Shown in pieces: positions 38,957-49,950 of a DNA stretch of 64,000 bases. The number at the start of each line of letters is the position of its first letter. Within the stretch, counting starts at the first letter, position 1. The stretch comes from Balanoglossus misakiensis (lineage: Eukaryota > Animalia > Hemichordata): contig CM082579.2 in the NCBI GenBank assembly GCA_040954595.2, forward strand, positions 14,360,550 to 14,424,549, read 5' to 3'. A program made the translations under genes and the position numbers. The notes beneath the pieces were generated by a model that had not been told where the DNA came from, ran no database searches, and saw only the letters and a program-made list of their open reading frames with translations.

Positions 38957-39152
38957 CAGTTTTTCATCCAGATGGAGGGATGAGGGAATTCGCCCACTGT
39001 CAGCATGTTGGCACCCCCCTAGAAATTTGTCAAGGGGGAAATGGTGCCCCTTACAGACTCAGCGATGTCACTCATTCCCCTCCTTGCAAGAGTGCAACTA
39101 TTCAAGCAAAGGGGGACATATCCCCCCCCCCCCCATCCTGGATGAAACACTG
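38957..39152. mobile_element. Small TIR element with CAG...CTG termini and 7-bp TSD (P- or hAT-like MITE)
   Basis: TIRs cagtttttcatccag / ctggatgaaacactg; ctgtatg is duplicated at 38950-56 and 39153-59. Confidence 0.7.
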
Positions 39153-39188
39153 CTGTATGCATCTTCTTTCTTTATTTCCATTTTATAG

Positions 39189-39404
39189 GATTTAGTGGAC
39201 CCAATCGAGATGGCAGTGTGGAATATGATTATTCAGATGGCAGGAAAGGTAGTGTCTTTGATGGTCGATGGGCAGACACAGAACCTGATGCCTCCACTGG
39301 GCAATGTGTGAGGTTAAACCTCTTTGAAAATAATTACCCATTGTATCATGCAAGATGTGATGATGTCAGTCTGTCAATGTGTGAAGTAGCAGCTTGTGCT
39401 GAAG
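39189..39404 (+). CDS. Exon: C-type lectin domain, C-terminal part
   Basis: ttttatag|...GRWADTEPDASTGQCVRLNLFENNYPLYHARCDDVSLSMCEVAACAE G|gtaagt; phase 1-1, 216 bp. Confidence 0.88.
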
Positions 39405-39499
39405 GTAAGTCTGATTCAAATCAGCTAGAATCTTCCCTTACTCGCATCAGGTCTTTACTTTTCTCGCACTGCTGTAGTCACCTCCCAATATATATACTA

Positions 39500-39800
39500 A
39501 GAGAGAGTGTGTGCAAAAGAGCGGGAGGGAGAGGCTGGGAGGGGAGAGTGAGAGGGGAGGGAGAGAGAGCTGGAGAGTGACAGGGAGGGAGGGAAGGAGG
39601 GTGGTAGTGAGGGAGAGGGGGAGAGAGAACTAGAGGGAGAGGGAGGGGTAGAGGGGGGTAGGGAGGGAGAGAGAGCTAGAGAGGGGTGGGAGGGAGGGAG
39701 AGGGGCGGGAGAGGGGAGGGAGAGGGGCGGGAGAGGGGAGGGAGAGAGCTAGAGAGGGAGGGGGAGGGGGTGGAAGGGAGGGAAGGAGAGAGAGTTAGAG
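39500..39800. repeat. Purine-rich (GGGA/GA)n low-complexity tract
   Basis: About 300 bp almost entirely G/A with many GGG runs. Confidence 0.9.
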
Positions 39801-39989
39801 TCCCCTAAGCAATACAAGATATACTTGGAAGAGCTCACCACTAAAAGTTAAACAAGGGGGATCAGATCATGTGATGTCTCCTTGGGTGCAGAATGGTGTT
39901 ATATTTGAAATTCAAAATTGAGGCCAGTTGTCGCTAGATAATTCCACTCATTAATTGTATGGTTATGTTTACTTAACAATTTCTTTTAG

Positions 39990-41448
39990 ACTATTTATGT
40001 AATAGAGAACCACCGACCCCGAGGTGGTTCTTGGTTTCGAATTGCCGAGGGCCGCAGGCCCGAGGCGATTGGAAACCAAGAACCACTGAGGGGGAGGTGG
40101 TTCTCTAACTTAAACCACGACCCCCCACAGACATTGTCACCATTGGAGCTTCGTGTACCACAAAGACGTCGTTTTACTCAACGATTCAATAAAATGAACG
40201 AACAAAAGCTTATCAAAAGAGGCTTATTCTTCATTGCTGACTGTGAAATTTGGTTGGCCACCCCTTTTCCTATAAATGAATCATGTCGTGGGCAGGTAGT
40301 TCTAGACCGCCCTGCTGGGCCTTACAAGATCGCCCACGCTTGACAGGTGTTACTCTAAATGTTCATGCTTACGTGTCAGAGTGATATGCTAATTTCAAAC
40401 ACTAATTTGCATCAAATTAAACTTTACAGGTGTGTTACGTAGTGTATTATGGGAAGCGTTACAGCTATTGGGGTTTTGCGTGCACATGGTAAGCTTACGC
40501 GAAAATTTTCTAGGCCAAATGCAGAAGGCCTACATGTAAGTGTCACGTTTTTTTTTTATTTTCCTTCAAATGTCCATGAAATCGATCTGAAGATACATGT
40601 AGTTCCGATCTATATCATCTGCGAAAACAAGCGGCTACATGTTGGTAAAGCAAAAACCGGGTAACAATGCTCTACATGGTACTACTGCCCGTCTGTGTAT
40701 TGGCCTCCCTGGCTTTTGAACGAACCACTCTCTACGAGCCACAGCGGCAACACGTCTGTATGGTAGCGATATTGGTGAGTAACTCATCTGCGAAAAGACT
40801 TGATACCGAAGTGAATCCGTCCGACATTACAAACCCACGTCTGGTGAACAGCAACAAAAAGTAAGCAGAATTTTGCAAGGTACGCGGGTTTTAGGCCTAA
40901 AACAGCCAACCTTGTTACATGTCGGTAGTGAAGCAAAATCGAAGTGAAGCATCTGGTTAGAGTAATGCAAGCAAATCTGGGGATAATGTGATTTAGTATA
41001 ATTTTCTAGAAATTTGTAGTTAATTTATTGCAACGTTAGTTTGTTTCTGGTGAATTGATTTTTGTCTATTTTATACTTTTATTATCATGTTATGAAGACT
41101 CTCGAGAGCCACCAAGACATTAGCTTTGTACGTCAGTAGACAAAACTGTGAATGTGAAGCATTGAATGAAATGATCCGGAGACTGTCGCATATCCAGTTC
41201 GCTTTCAATTAACATAACAATTACTCTATTCAAATGAAATGTACTTTGAATACAGGTATAGAAGTAAATGTAATTATGCAAATAAAGCATTGTGTATTTG
41301 TATTTTTGTTACGACAGGTGAGACTGAGTCCTGCGGTAGTTCTAGAACCCCCGGAGGTAGTTCTAGAACTACCCGGGACTTGGTTTTAAACCTGTGGTTT
41401 TGTGTGAGACGGAGGTTCTCTCAGTGAATGACTTGTCTATTGAATAGT
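39990..41448. mobile_element. Putative non-autonomous Crypton-like element with a subterminal long hairpin
   Basis: ~105-bp hairpin at 40003-40107 centred on gccgagggccgcaggcccgaggc. Short terminal IR actatt/aatagt; ggttctct and tagttctaga motifs recur near the right end. The Crypton assignment is from recall of such motifs, not a search. Confidence 0.5.
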
Positions 41449-41549
41449 GTGACGTCACGATCGTAGTTTAATTGTATGATCATCTCCTTTGCAACTAAAG
41501 ACTACTTTTGAACTGTCAGCAGAAAGTCTGATCCTCAAAGAATTTTGTA

Positions 41550-41739
41550 CTGTAAACAGGAAATTTTCGCGAGCGATACATTTTTGCGAACTATGCGAGA
41601 GCCAAAAAACGCGAAAATAAACAAGTTGTGTCAAAATGTTTTTCGAAGATAGCAATGCCGTGAAATATGAGAATGCGAAAATCAATCATCGCATAACAGT
41701 TGCCACTTTTGATATCATGAAAAATTTCCTGTTTTACAG
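41550..41739. mobile_element. TA-flanked MITE (Tc1/mariner-pogo type), ctgtaaa...tttacag family
   Basis: ta|ctgtaaacaggaaatttt...aaaatttcctgttttacag|ta. Confidence 0.85.
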
Positions 41740-42052
41740 TATGTCATAAATATAAATCAGAAACAAAACTGGGCCAAGTATTTTAAGAATCTGGCATCTG
41801 TCACACTGATAGTTTGAGCTTAGAGAATCATAATATGCGGTTCTTGGAATTTTCGGGTGTGATAAATGTCGTTTCAAAATTTTTACATTTGATTTATACT
41901 AATACAAACATTGTTTTATACATGTACATTGGATACTCACTGTTGGTGAAGTAATTTTATCATCAATGAAATTTCGTCAACTTGATGAGCTGAATCTTTA
42001 TGACCATTCATCACACAAACATACTCTTTCTTTTTATTTTAATGATATTCAG

Positions 42053-42177
42053 GAACATGTGGTGGTTTGGAAACTGGTGAATCGGGGACCTTTCACAGCA
42101 CTGGATACCCAGATGATAATTATTACATTCTACAAGAATGTATTTGGACAATCCAGGGACCTGCAACATCCAGAATA
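42053..42177 (+). pseudogene. Exon: CUB1 N-half, splice donor destroyed
   Basis: ttcag|GTCGGLETGESGTFHSTGYPDDNYYILQECIWTIQGPATSRI then runs into an inverted intron-derived 48-mer and a TAA. There is no phase-0 GT to join 43501. Confidence 0.8.
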
Positions 42178-42479
42178 AGTGCTCACTTGTAAACTGTCAA
42201 ATTCCAAAACCAGTTATTTTTTACAGTAAAACTTGCATAAACCACTAACTCTGTCTAATCTGGAAACCTGCCTATACAAAACACCTTTTCCCGTCCATTC
42301 GACATACAAACACTTTAAAAAAAAAACAGACACATGTATTAGATTTAAATTCATTTCAACTAAAAAAAAATAATTTGATTTTTTTCTTCCTTATAACAAA
42401 CATGATTTTTGGTAAACTTTTGAATTAAAGGGCCATTATCTATAACTTCAGGCTAGTTTATCAGTAATTTTGTTTTGTG

Positions 42480-43140
42480 TTTATTACACCTCACGTATTA
42501 TACCGTTTTCGTGATTGGCTGAGACGCGCTCACGTGATATAGAGAAAAAAGTGATATAACATGGCTAGAGTTGATAAAGCCCTGTCGCGTGCGCTGATAT
42601 TGCCCACTTGGTTGTTTTGGTGTTCTGGGCACGACTTCTGCGCGTTCCAAACTGTCGTTCAATGGCTTCCTTCACGATCAGTCAACTCCTGCATCTATAT
42701 GGCTTCAAAGCGACACACAGGCTTAACACCTGTTCTACTGGATGATATTTTACTGCAAACGGGCAGTAAATACACCAAAATCGCAACCAACAGCGCAGTA
42801 TTTTCAAAATAATCTAAGTTCGAAGTAGGTATCGTATAATTCTTGGGAGATCGAGACATTTTACATTCTCAGCAACGTACGACATATGGACGCGAGTCTA
42901 CATGCTACATGCTGCAGTGTATGTACGTTCAAATGTTCGGCGTAATAAAATTAATAACACATTATGCTCGGGCAACATCACGATTTGAAGCCTGCCCTCG
43001 GGCTGGTGATCTCTGACCAAAATATTGATGATACCCTCGCCTGCGGCTCGGGCATCATCAATATTATGGTCAGAGATCACCATCCCTCATGCAGGCTTCA
43101 AATCGTGATATTGCCCTCGCTATCATGTGTTATTATTTAA
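42480..43140. mobile_element. Putative non-autonomous Crypton-like element with a long terminal hairpin
   Basis: gattggctgaga...cacgtgat near the left end. A ~180-bp imperfect hairpin at ~42952-43135 is centred on ccctcgcctgcggctcggg (arms atcacgatttgaagcctg / caggcttcaaatcgtgat). Confidence 0.55.
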
Positions 43141-43500
43141 ATTAAACACTTTTTCTTGTTCCTCTCCTCATGAGTAACCCATCACACCCAGCTCTCTGCT
43201 TGTCAACGAGTCATGTGTATGTGTACTGACTGTTGTTATTATTTACGAATGTTTTCAAACAACAACAATGCCGATTGTGCCCTCATAGGTTTCGTTGAGA
43301 AGTTAAGACTATGGATTTAACTCTGCCCTGCGTAGCTGAACAAGAAACTATAATTGATACACAGAATAGAAATACTGAAAAATGCAAAAAGTTACAGCTA
43401 ATGGGGCTTAAGTCATGAAACTGTGTTTATTTTCATGTATATTGGCTTGAGACAGCTCACTATTTATGATGTGTGTTGTGACATTTTTTATTCTTTTCAG

Positions 43501-43702
43501 TTTCTACATTTTGACACTGAACTTTATCATGATACTGTTGTCATTGTCGAGGTGTCTGTGTTTGACCCATCCAAAGTTCTTGCCACATACAGTGGACCGG
43601 ACCAGCCTGATGAAGTTATTAGCAGTGGTAATGCAATGTTGGTGAAATTTCTCTCAGATAGTTCGCATACTGCTACTGGCTTTGAAGCATCTTGGCAAGC
43701 AG
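43501..43702 (+). CDS. Exon: CUB1 C-half
   Basis: ttttcag|FLHFDTELYHDTVVI...YSG...SSGNAMLVKFLSDSSHTATGFEASWQA G|gtaata, a classic CUB motif. Confidence 0.9.
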
Positions 43703-43995
43703 GTAATACCAAGTTTTATACATAATGTAAAACTGGAAATTTTCGCAAACGATAAATTTTCGCGAACTACACATAAACTTTGCATGTGTGGACACAAGGC
43801 AACTAAAAGCATTAATGCTCTGTGTTTACCTTAGGCAAATAGTGTCTCTGAAACGTTTCGAATTTTACCCTACGTGAACCTGGTATAACATTATAGATTG
43901 CACATGTAGGCAATATTTGCCCTACCTCGACTGTGATCTTGCTGATGTCCTGTTTGTGAAGTGTTTCTGTTAAGATGACTTCTTCTTTCTTTCAG

Positions 43996-44146
43996 TGTAT
44001 TCTTTGTGTGGTGGGAATTTCATAGCACAGTCATATAAACAGAATCTCAGCAGTACAGAATATTTGAAGGCAAGAATTATCTCAACAATGAAGATTGTAA
44101 CTGACAGCTGGCATCATTCACAACAGAATTTGTTGTCACTTTACAG
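43996..44146 (+). pseudogene. Exon: CUB2 N-half with frameshift and nonsense codon
   Basis: ttcag|VYSLCGGNFIAQSYKQNLSSTEY then a 1-nt shift to EGKNYLNNEDCN*QLASFTTEFVVTLQ|gtagtg. The TGA at 44102-04 replaces the conserved CUB Trp. The 151-bp length is incompatible with phase 1-0. Confidence 0.8.
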
Positions 44147-44928
44147 GTAGTGGATTCAGATGCAATTAATCGTGTGAGTTGTTTTACAGCATGACAAAAA
44201 TTAGTAATTATATTTTTAAAAATACATTTTATTTTTGTCATTTCTGGTCAATTCTCAGTAGTCACTTTTCCGATTTCTTAAAATTTGGTTTACAAGGACC
44301 TACAATATTTGTTATTATGGTGTACATAAACATGTGACAAATATCAATACTGGGGAGGAGGGGGGTGGGTAGTTTTAGACATTTTTGGTCCAAAAGTCCA
44401 CTTATGTCAGAAACGGCTCTTCCAGTTGTTTTGGATTTTGGTTTATTGGGATGTGAAAATATTCTTTATCAGATGTATTCTTATATTACCTCATCAATGC
44501 TAAAGGTGTCCTTATAGGGACGAAGTCTCTCTCTCTCGCTGCCCTTTTCCCATTAATTATGTTTGATACAAGACACCGTTTATGTAAGTAAGAATTGTAA
44601 GGATCACAGATCTATCTTCTTTTGCCATTCTTTCTGGAAGTTTATAATATAAGCTAATCTGATACTGGGTCATTATGGAACTTTTTAACAGAAAAAATAA
44701 CAAAATGTGAAAAAAGTTAAATGAGTTTAATTTGATAACTACATGTATAACGACAGAAAGGTTTGACCTAAGGAAGTCATATACAGTTAACAGTCATTTC
44801 TTCTGTCGCGTACGACTTTTTATCCAGAAGGCAATTATTATGTGATTTGATCCCCTAGCACAAAATAAAAGGCAGCCAGGATTACACCAAACCTGTGGAT
44901 TGAATTCATTATTCCTTGTTTCGTATTT

Positions 44929-45673
44929 TTAGCTTGGCTGTCACTTGTGTCAGCCAAGCTGTAGCAGTAGGTTGATAAGTGTCCGTCTGTCGTCCGGCGT
45001 CCGTTGTCCGTCGTCCGTCAACTTTCGGTATTTCAATCTTCTTCGTTAAAACGACATTGCATATTTAGCTATAATTTGGTAGGAATGTGTGTTATGGTGC
45101 CCCTACCTGATTTTGTAAATTTGGATTTGATGGGGTCATAAATATGCAAATTAGATCTAAAATAGAATGTTGGTCAAACATTTTCTTCTCCCTAACTACA
45201 TGTACGATGGAGCTGAAATTTGGCAGGAATGTGTGTTATGGTGCCCCTACCTGATTTCATAAATTTGGATATGATCGGGTCATGAATATGCAAATTAGAT
45301 CTAAAAATATAATTTTTGGTAAAAAATCTTCTTCTCCCTAACTACATGTACGATGGAGCTGAAATTTGGTAGAATGTGTGTTATGGTGCCCCTACCTGAT
45401 TTTGTTTTATTGGAATTTTGATCGGGTCATGAATATGCTAATTAGTACCTTGGTACTTCCTTTTGATGTTGTTCTTTAGGAATAAATTCTTTCTTTCTTT
45501 AGCACAATGAATCAGGCTGAATGTGGATATTAAATACTTGTGATGTCTATGTTTGGTTTTGTTTAATAGAATACAATTGTTATGATTAAAACCTAGGGTA
45601 TTCATATCATTGCCCAGCTATAGGTTTCACTGTTAAAGTCAGCAGAGCTCTTTTGACCGATAGGTCACTTGTT
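44929..45673 (+). mobile_element. HINE (Helentron-associated non-autonomous element) with 3 internal ~145-bp tandem repeats
   Basis: Inserted in a T-run. 5' subTIR/IR agcttggctg...cagccaagct, (gtcc)n microsatellite, repeats anchored at 45073/45217/45363, 3' subTIR gtcagcagagct and hairpin tgacc-gata-ggtca followed by cttgttt. Confidence 0.85.
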
Positions 45674-45682
45674 TCTTTAAAG

Positions 45683-45867
45683 GTTGCCAGGGAATTGAAA
45701 TTCTGCGTAGTTTTGGCACGATTCAGTCACCAGGGTATGATGTTAGCACTTACCCTGATGATGTTATGTGTAGCTGGTTAATCAAGGAACCAACTGGAAG
45801 ACCATTAACTCTTATCTTTGATGAGAACTTTGGATTAGAGAGGAACACAGATGTTGATTACATCATT
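45683..45867 (+). CDS. Exon: CUB3 N-half
   Basis: ttaaag|GCQGIEILRSFGTIQSPGYDVSTYPDDVMCSWLIKEPTGRPLTLIFDENFGLERNTDVDYII|gtgagt; phase 1-0. Confidence 0.9.
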
Positions 45868-46034
45868 GTGAGTATCAGATATGATCATGAGTCAGCCATG
45901 TTAAAAATATTTGTCATATTAAAAAATTTGTCATATTATTTTGCAGTGATTTTAGTTTGACAATTTTGGCAGACATTACTTCAAACTATACAACTTTGGA
46001 ACACAATTTGGAAATTTAATTAATCACATATATA

Positions 46035-46240
46035 CTGTAAAACGGGATACTTTTGCAACATGAAATTTTCGCGTTATCAAAAGAGGCAAGTGTTATGCAA
46101 CAATAACTTTTCACGTTCTTGTATTTCACTGCATCATTATCCCCGAAAAACATTTTTACGCAACTTTTTATTTTCATGTTTTGATGGCTCTCACGTAGAT
46201 CGCGAAAATTTATTGTTTGCGAACATTTCCCATTTTACAG
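46035..46240. mobile_element. TA-flanked MITE, ctgtaaa family
   Basis: ta|ctgtaaaacggga...tcccattttacag|ta. Confidence 0.85.
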
Positions 46241-46286
46241 TATGTTGAGTAGCTGTTACAGCAGGAAATGCAACAAGGATTGAATA

Positions 46287-46481
46287 CTATAAAATTTTCG
46301 TGAACGATAAATTTTCGTAAACTATGTGAGAGCCAAAAAATATGAAAATAAAAAGTCGCTTAAAATGCTTCAGAGATAACAATGCAGTAAAATATGCCAA
46401 TGTGAAAATTAATTGTCGCGTAACAGTAGCCACCTTTGATATCGCGAAAATTTCCTGTTGTGAAGATTTCCCGTTTTACGG
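46287..46481. mobile_element. TA-flanked MITE, ctgtaaa family (diverged)
   Basis: ta|ctataaaattttcg...cccgttttacgg|ta. The internal sequence matches the 41550 copy and is inverted relative to the 46035 copy. Confidence 0.75.
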
Positions 46482-46520
46482 TATTTACAATGCATGCTTA
46501 ATTTGTCTTTGTTTCTGAAG

Positions 46521-46704
46521 GTATACAATGGTACTGAGAGTGATGATGATGTCATTATTGGTCCATGGAGTGGCAATTCTGATGGAGTCATTGATGGCAC
46601 TGTGCCACCACCCGATTGCCGTACAGACATTGGACACTTTTCGGTTGTGTTCAGGAGTAGTAGAACACGACCAGCTAAAGGATTCAGGGCTTCATTTTCA
46701 CCAG
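46521..46704 (+). CDS. Exon: CUB3 C-half
   Basis: ctgaag|VYNGTESDDDVIIGPWSG...FSVVFRSSRTRPAKGFRASFSP|gtacac; phase 0-1. Confidence 0.9.
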
Positions 46705-46713
46705 GTACACATA

Positions 46714-46920
46714 CTGTAAAACACTTTATTTTCACGAGTTGAAATTTTTCGCGACATCGAGAGAGGCCACTGTTTCGCCAGTGTTAATTTTCGCGTTCTC
46801 TTATTTCATTCATTGCATCTTTATCTTCAAAAAAATTACGCAACTTTTTATTTTCACGCTATTTTGGCTCTCGCGTATTTCGCGAAAATCTCTTGCTCGC
46901 GAAAATAAAGTGTTTTACAG
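46714..46920. mobile_element. TA-flanked MITE, ctgtaaa family
   Basis: TIRs ctgtaaaacactttattttc.cgag / ctcgcgaaaataaagtgttttacag, TA on both sides. Confidence 0.88.
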
Positions 46921-47141
46921 TAACTTACTAACATTTCAGAAAAAGTTGTTACAGAATTCTTAGAAACACACTCTCCCTTTATTCCTTGTGATTTAGAGTC
47001 ATTAATTGAAAGGTGCAAATGTTTTTGAATTTTTACGAAACTTCAAAGAGCTGGAAAAACAGAGACAGTAATTTCTTACAATTGCAATGCAATTTTGGAC
47101 CATTGACAGGAATGGCAACACTCTTGTATCACACTCAATAA

Positions 47142-47365
47142 AGTGATGGGGTCGTCGCACTGCGTTTGTTTGTTTATAAACATTGCAATTCATCCACAAA
47201 TCCCTGAAATTAGACAGCCACGACCTACTAGGATCTTCAGTTGCTGTCATGGACAGTCTAGGATACTGTCAGCTGCTTCGTTCATTCTAAGAATTATCTT
47301 ATTTGAGGGATTTGTGGATGAATTGTAATGTTTATAAACAAACGCATTGCGACGACCCCTTCACT
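47142..47365. mobile_element. TTAA-type MITE (Kolobok-like) with ~60-bp TIRs
   Basis: (ataa)agtgatggggtcgtcgca...atccacaaatccct / agggatttgtggat...tgcgacgaccccttcact(ttaa). Confidence 0.8.
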
Positions 47366-47440
47366 TTAAAACAACTGACATTTATGAGTTTAAGTATTTG
47401 TCTGCATGCATTCTTATCATTGTGATCCTTGTTCTGACAG

Positions 47441-47494
47441 ACTGTCCCGAAATTGTGATTAGTGAGGGCGTGGTGACCAGTACAGAGATAGAAG
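47441..47494 (+). CDS. Mini-exon: truncated first Sushi/CCP domain (DCPEIVISEGVVTSTEIE)
   Basis: ctgacag|ACTGTCCC...GAAG|gtatga; 54 bp, phase 1-1. It lies where uif has its first CCP after CUB3, but only one Cys remains. Confidence 0.6.
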
Positions 47495-47786
47495 GTATGA
47501 TGTCTCTGTCTCATTCCAATGCTCGGACGGTTATCCAGTAGTTAAAGGGGATGTCCGGTCTAGCTGATATCTACATAATTTTGTAGCTTTGAGGTCACTC
47601 TTTCAGGAAAAAAAAAACATTTTCGCCGTGTATAAGTCGTACCAGCTATGCAAATATGCCTAGCCTGGTGTCTTGTATCCAAGATAATTAATGAAAAAAG
47701 TGCAGTGATGAGAGAGACTTAATTTGTCTCTTGAATCTATTGTTAGCAACAACTTGAATGACACTAATTTGTTGTTTATTTTTTAG

Positions 47787-47966
47787 GAATAACATGTGGT
47801 GGACCCCCTGAGTGCAGCAATGGAATTCTTACCAATGTTACCAGTACAGTGTATGGTGGCATTGCTTATTATCAATGCATTGAGGGCTATCAGTTTATAA
47901 ATAATGTGTCTTCATTGGAATGCCAAGCAGATGGTGTCTGGGGTCCACTTGTGCCCCAATGCGAGC
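47787..47966 (+). CDS. Exon: Sushi/CCP domain
   Basis: ttttag|GITCGGPPECSNGILTNVTSTVYGGIAYYQCIEGYQFINNVSSLECQADGVWGPLVPQCE|gtaagt; 180 bp. Confidence 0.92.
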
Positions 47967-48069
47967 GTAAGTTGATATTTTTGAAAACGATTAAACTGCC
48001 ATTGTAGTGCACACTTAGGAGACGGATTTTCAGAAAAATGTTAGTCCTCTGAACCTTTCAGTGCTTTAA

Positions 48070-48369
48070 AGCCACTAGAGCTGCCACTTTTTGCATTTAT
48101 TTTCAGATTTTATTTTCCGACGTAGATTGGTACATTGAAATAATTAAGCTTACTGATAGGGATACAAGAACATGTCATCAATGCCTGATTGTGGCTGTAT
48201 GTTGCAATTTAAACGTGCAATGTATTAAACAGGTGCCGTACCCATTTTATTAAAATCAGCCTCCATACAAACAGTATGCAGCTAGCTATCGTGGTATGCA
48301 TCACCATAGATTTGAAAGGTTTTACTGTGGAAAAGAAAAAAATTGTGAAATTTGGCAGCTCTAGAGGCT
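48070..48369. mobile_element. TTAA-flanked MITE (Kolobok-like)
   Basis: ttaa|agccactagagctgcca...tggcagctctagaggct|ttaa. Confidence 0.85.
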
Positions 48370-48667
48370 TTAAAGTGTGTGATGAGTCGTTTTGAAAACA
48401 AAATATAACACAGGGTGTTCACTGTCATGTTTTCATAAAAATCACTGACTCAAGTTGAAATTCTCTCCATAGCGTTATGATGGGGCACTTTGTGCTGGTT
48501 GCTACATTCCACATGGGTGTCTAATTGGGACATTACACACTGAATGTTAAACCAGACACTGGTAACTTGAAAATATGCAGGATTGTGAGGGTTACTGCAT
48601 GTCCCTTTAAACCATTTTCCTAGTATTAACACACTTGTAATGTTATCTGTTCATCTTATCCAAACAG

Positions 48668-48850
48668 CTCGCGAGTGTCCACCACCGAATGTAGACAACT
48701 ACTTATCATATGAAATTGTTAATGGTGATTCATTGATTTTTGGAACAACCGTTGCCTACTCATGTCCATCTGGCTACAGTCTGACTGGCTACACTGTCTC
48801 TACATGTGGTGAAGATGGATCATGGATTGGAGATCCAGGATACTGTCAAC
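48668..48850 (+). CDS. Exon: Sushi/CCP domain
   Basis: aacag|RECPPPNVDNYLSYEIVNGDSLIFGTTVAYSCPSGYSLTGYTVSTCGEDGSWIGDPGYCQ|gtaagt; 183 bp. Confidence 0.92.
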
Positions 48851-49161
48851 GTAAGTCATTTAAGGATGTACATTCAGTAAAATTGAAAATATGGTCATTT
48901 CTTTTAATTGTTAATTTTTGGATTATCCTATGTATGTATAATGAAAATTTGTGATAAAATATAGGGGTCACCACGCTTGTTTTTGAAATACAGAGTCATG
49001 AATTTAGTCGATAATTGAAAAAAAGGAGTCAATGGTATCTGGACTTTTATAGTGGGAACTTGGGGTGAAAATGTTAAAGTTGTGACAGAATACAGATACC
49101 CAATATATATACCACAATCAAGTCTGCATCCACATAGTGTTTTATTTTTTTTTACTTGCAG

Positions 49162-49344
49162 GATTGAACTGCAGTGATATACTCATAACAGACCCACATC
49201 TACAAGCTGTCCCTGATAGTGGACCATATTATATGGGCAGTAACATCACATTCTATTGTAATGCTGGCTATGAATTAAATGGTGCTGATTACCTGACTTG
49301 TCAATCCGATTTACAGTGGAATAGTGCAATACCATCATGCATTG
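49162..49344 (+). CDS. Exon: Sushi/CCP domain
   Basis: ttgcag|LNCSDILITDPHLQAVPDSGPYYMGSNITFYCNAGYELNGADYLTCQSDLQWNSAIPSCI|gtaagt; 183 bp. Confidence 0.92.
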
Positions 49345-49537
49345 GTAAGTTCACATCAAGATTGGTCTTCATGTGGTTGTCTGCTTATGAGGTACCGTAA
49401 TCGATCACTCCAGTAATTTGACTATTTATCATAAATGTCACCTAAACTACATGCTGATAGGACATACAGTTCATGCCATGCAAATCTATGGCTGTCAGAA
49501 ATTTCATGATTTTCGTAATTTTATTTTTCATTGATTA

Positions 49538-49732
49538 CTGTAAAACAGGAAATTTTCGCGACAAAGAAATTTTTTGCGATATCAAAAGCAGAAACTGTTA
49601 TGAGACGATTAATTTTCATGTTCTCGTATTTCACTACATTGTTATCACTGAAAATAGTTTTTTACGCAAAAATGTCTTTTTTTTTTGGCTCTTGCATGGT
49701 TCGCGAAAATTTGTTTGTGAAAATTTCCTGTT
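49538..49732. mobile_element. TA-MITE, ctgtaaa family, right end eroded
   Basis: ta|ctgtaaaacaggaaattttcgcg...gaaaatttcctgtt. A further short fragment of the family lies at ~43723-43770. Confidence 0.75.
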
Positions 49733-49821
49733 GGTCTGGTGGTTCCCAGCTAAACTTGTTGGTCTGAATTTACCAGCGGACCTGTGGGATTTTGATCATA
49801 TCTTGATGAATAACATTTCAG

Positions 49822-49950
49822 ATATCAATGAATGTAGTACATTGGTGGCACGGTGTGGAATCAATCAAGTCTGTGAAAATAGAGATGGTGACTATCAGTG
49901 TGCATGTTTGGTGGGATTTGAACCAGATGTGAATGGAACAGCATGCAAAG
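49822..49950 (+). CDS. Exon: calcium-binding EGF domain
   Basis: ttcag|DINECSTLVARCGINQVCENRDGDYQCACLVGFEPDVNGTACK|gtgaga; 129 bp. Confidence 0.93.
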
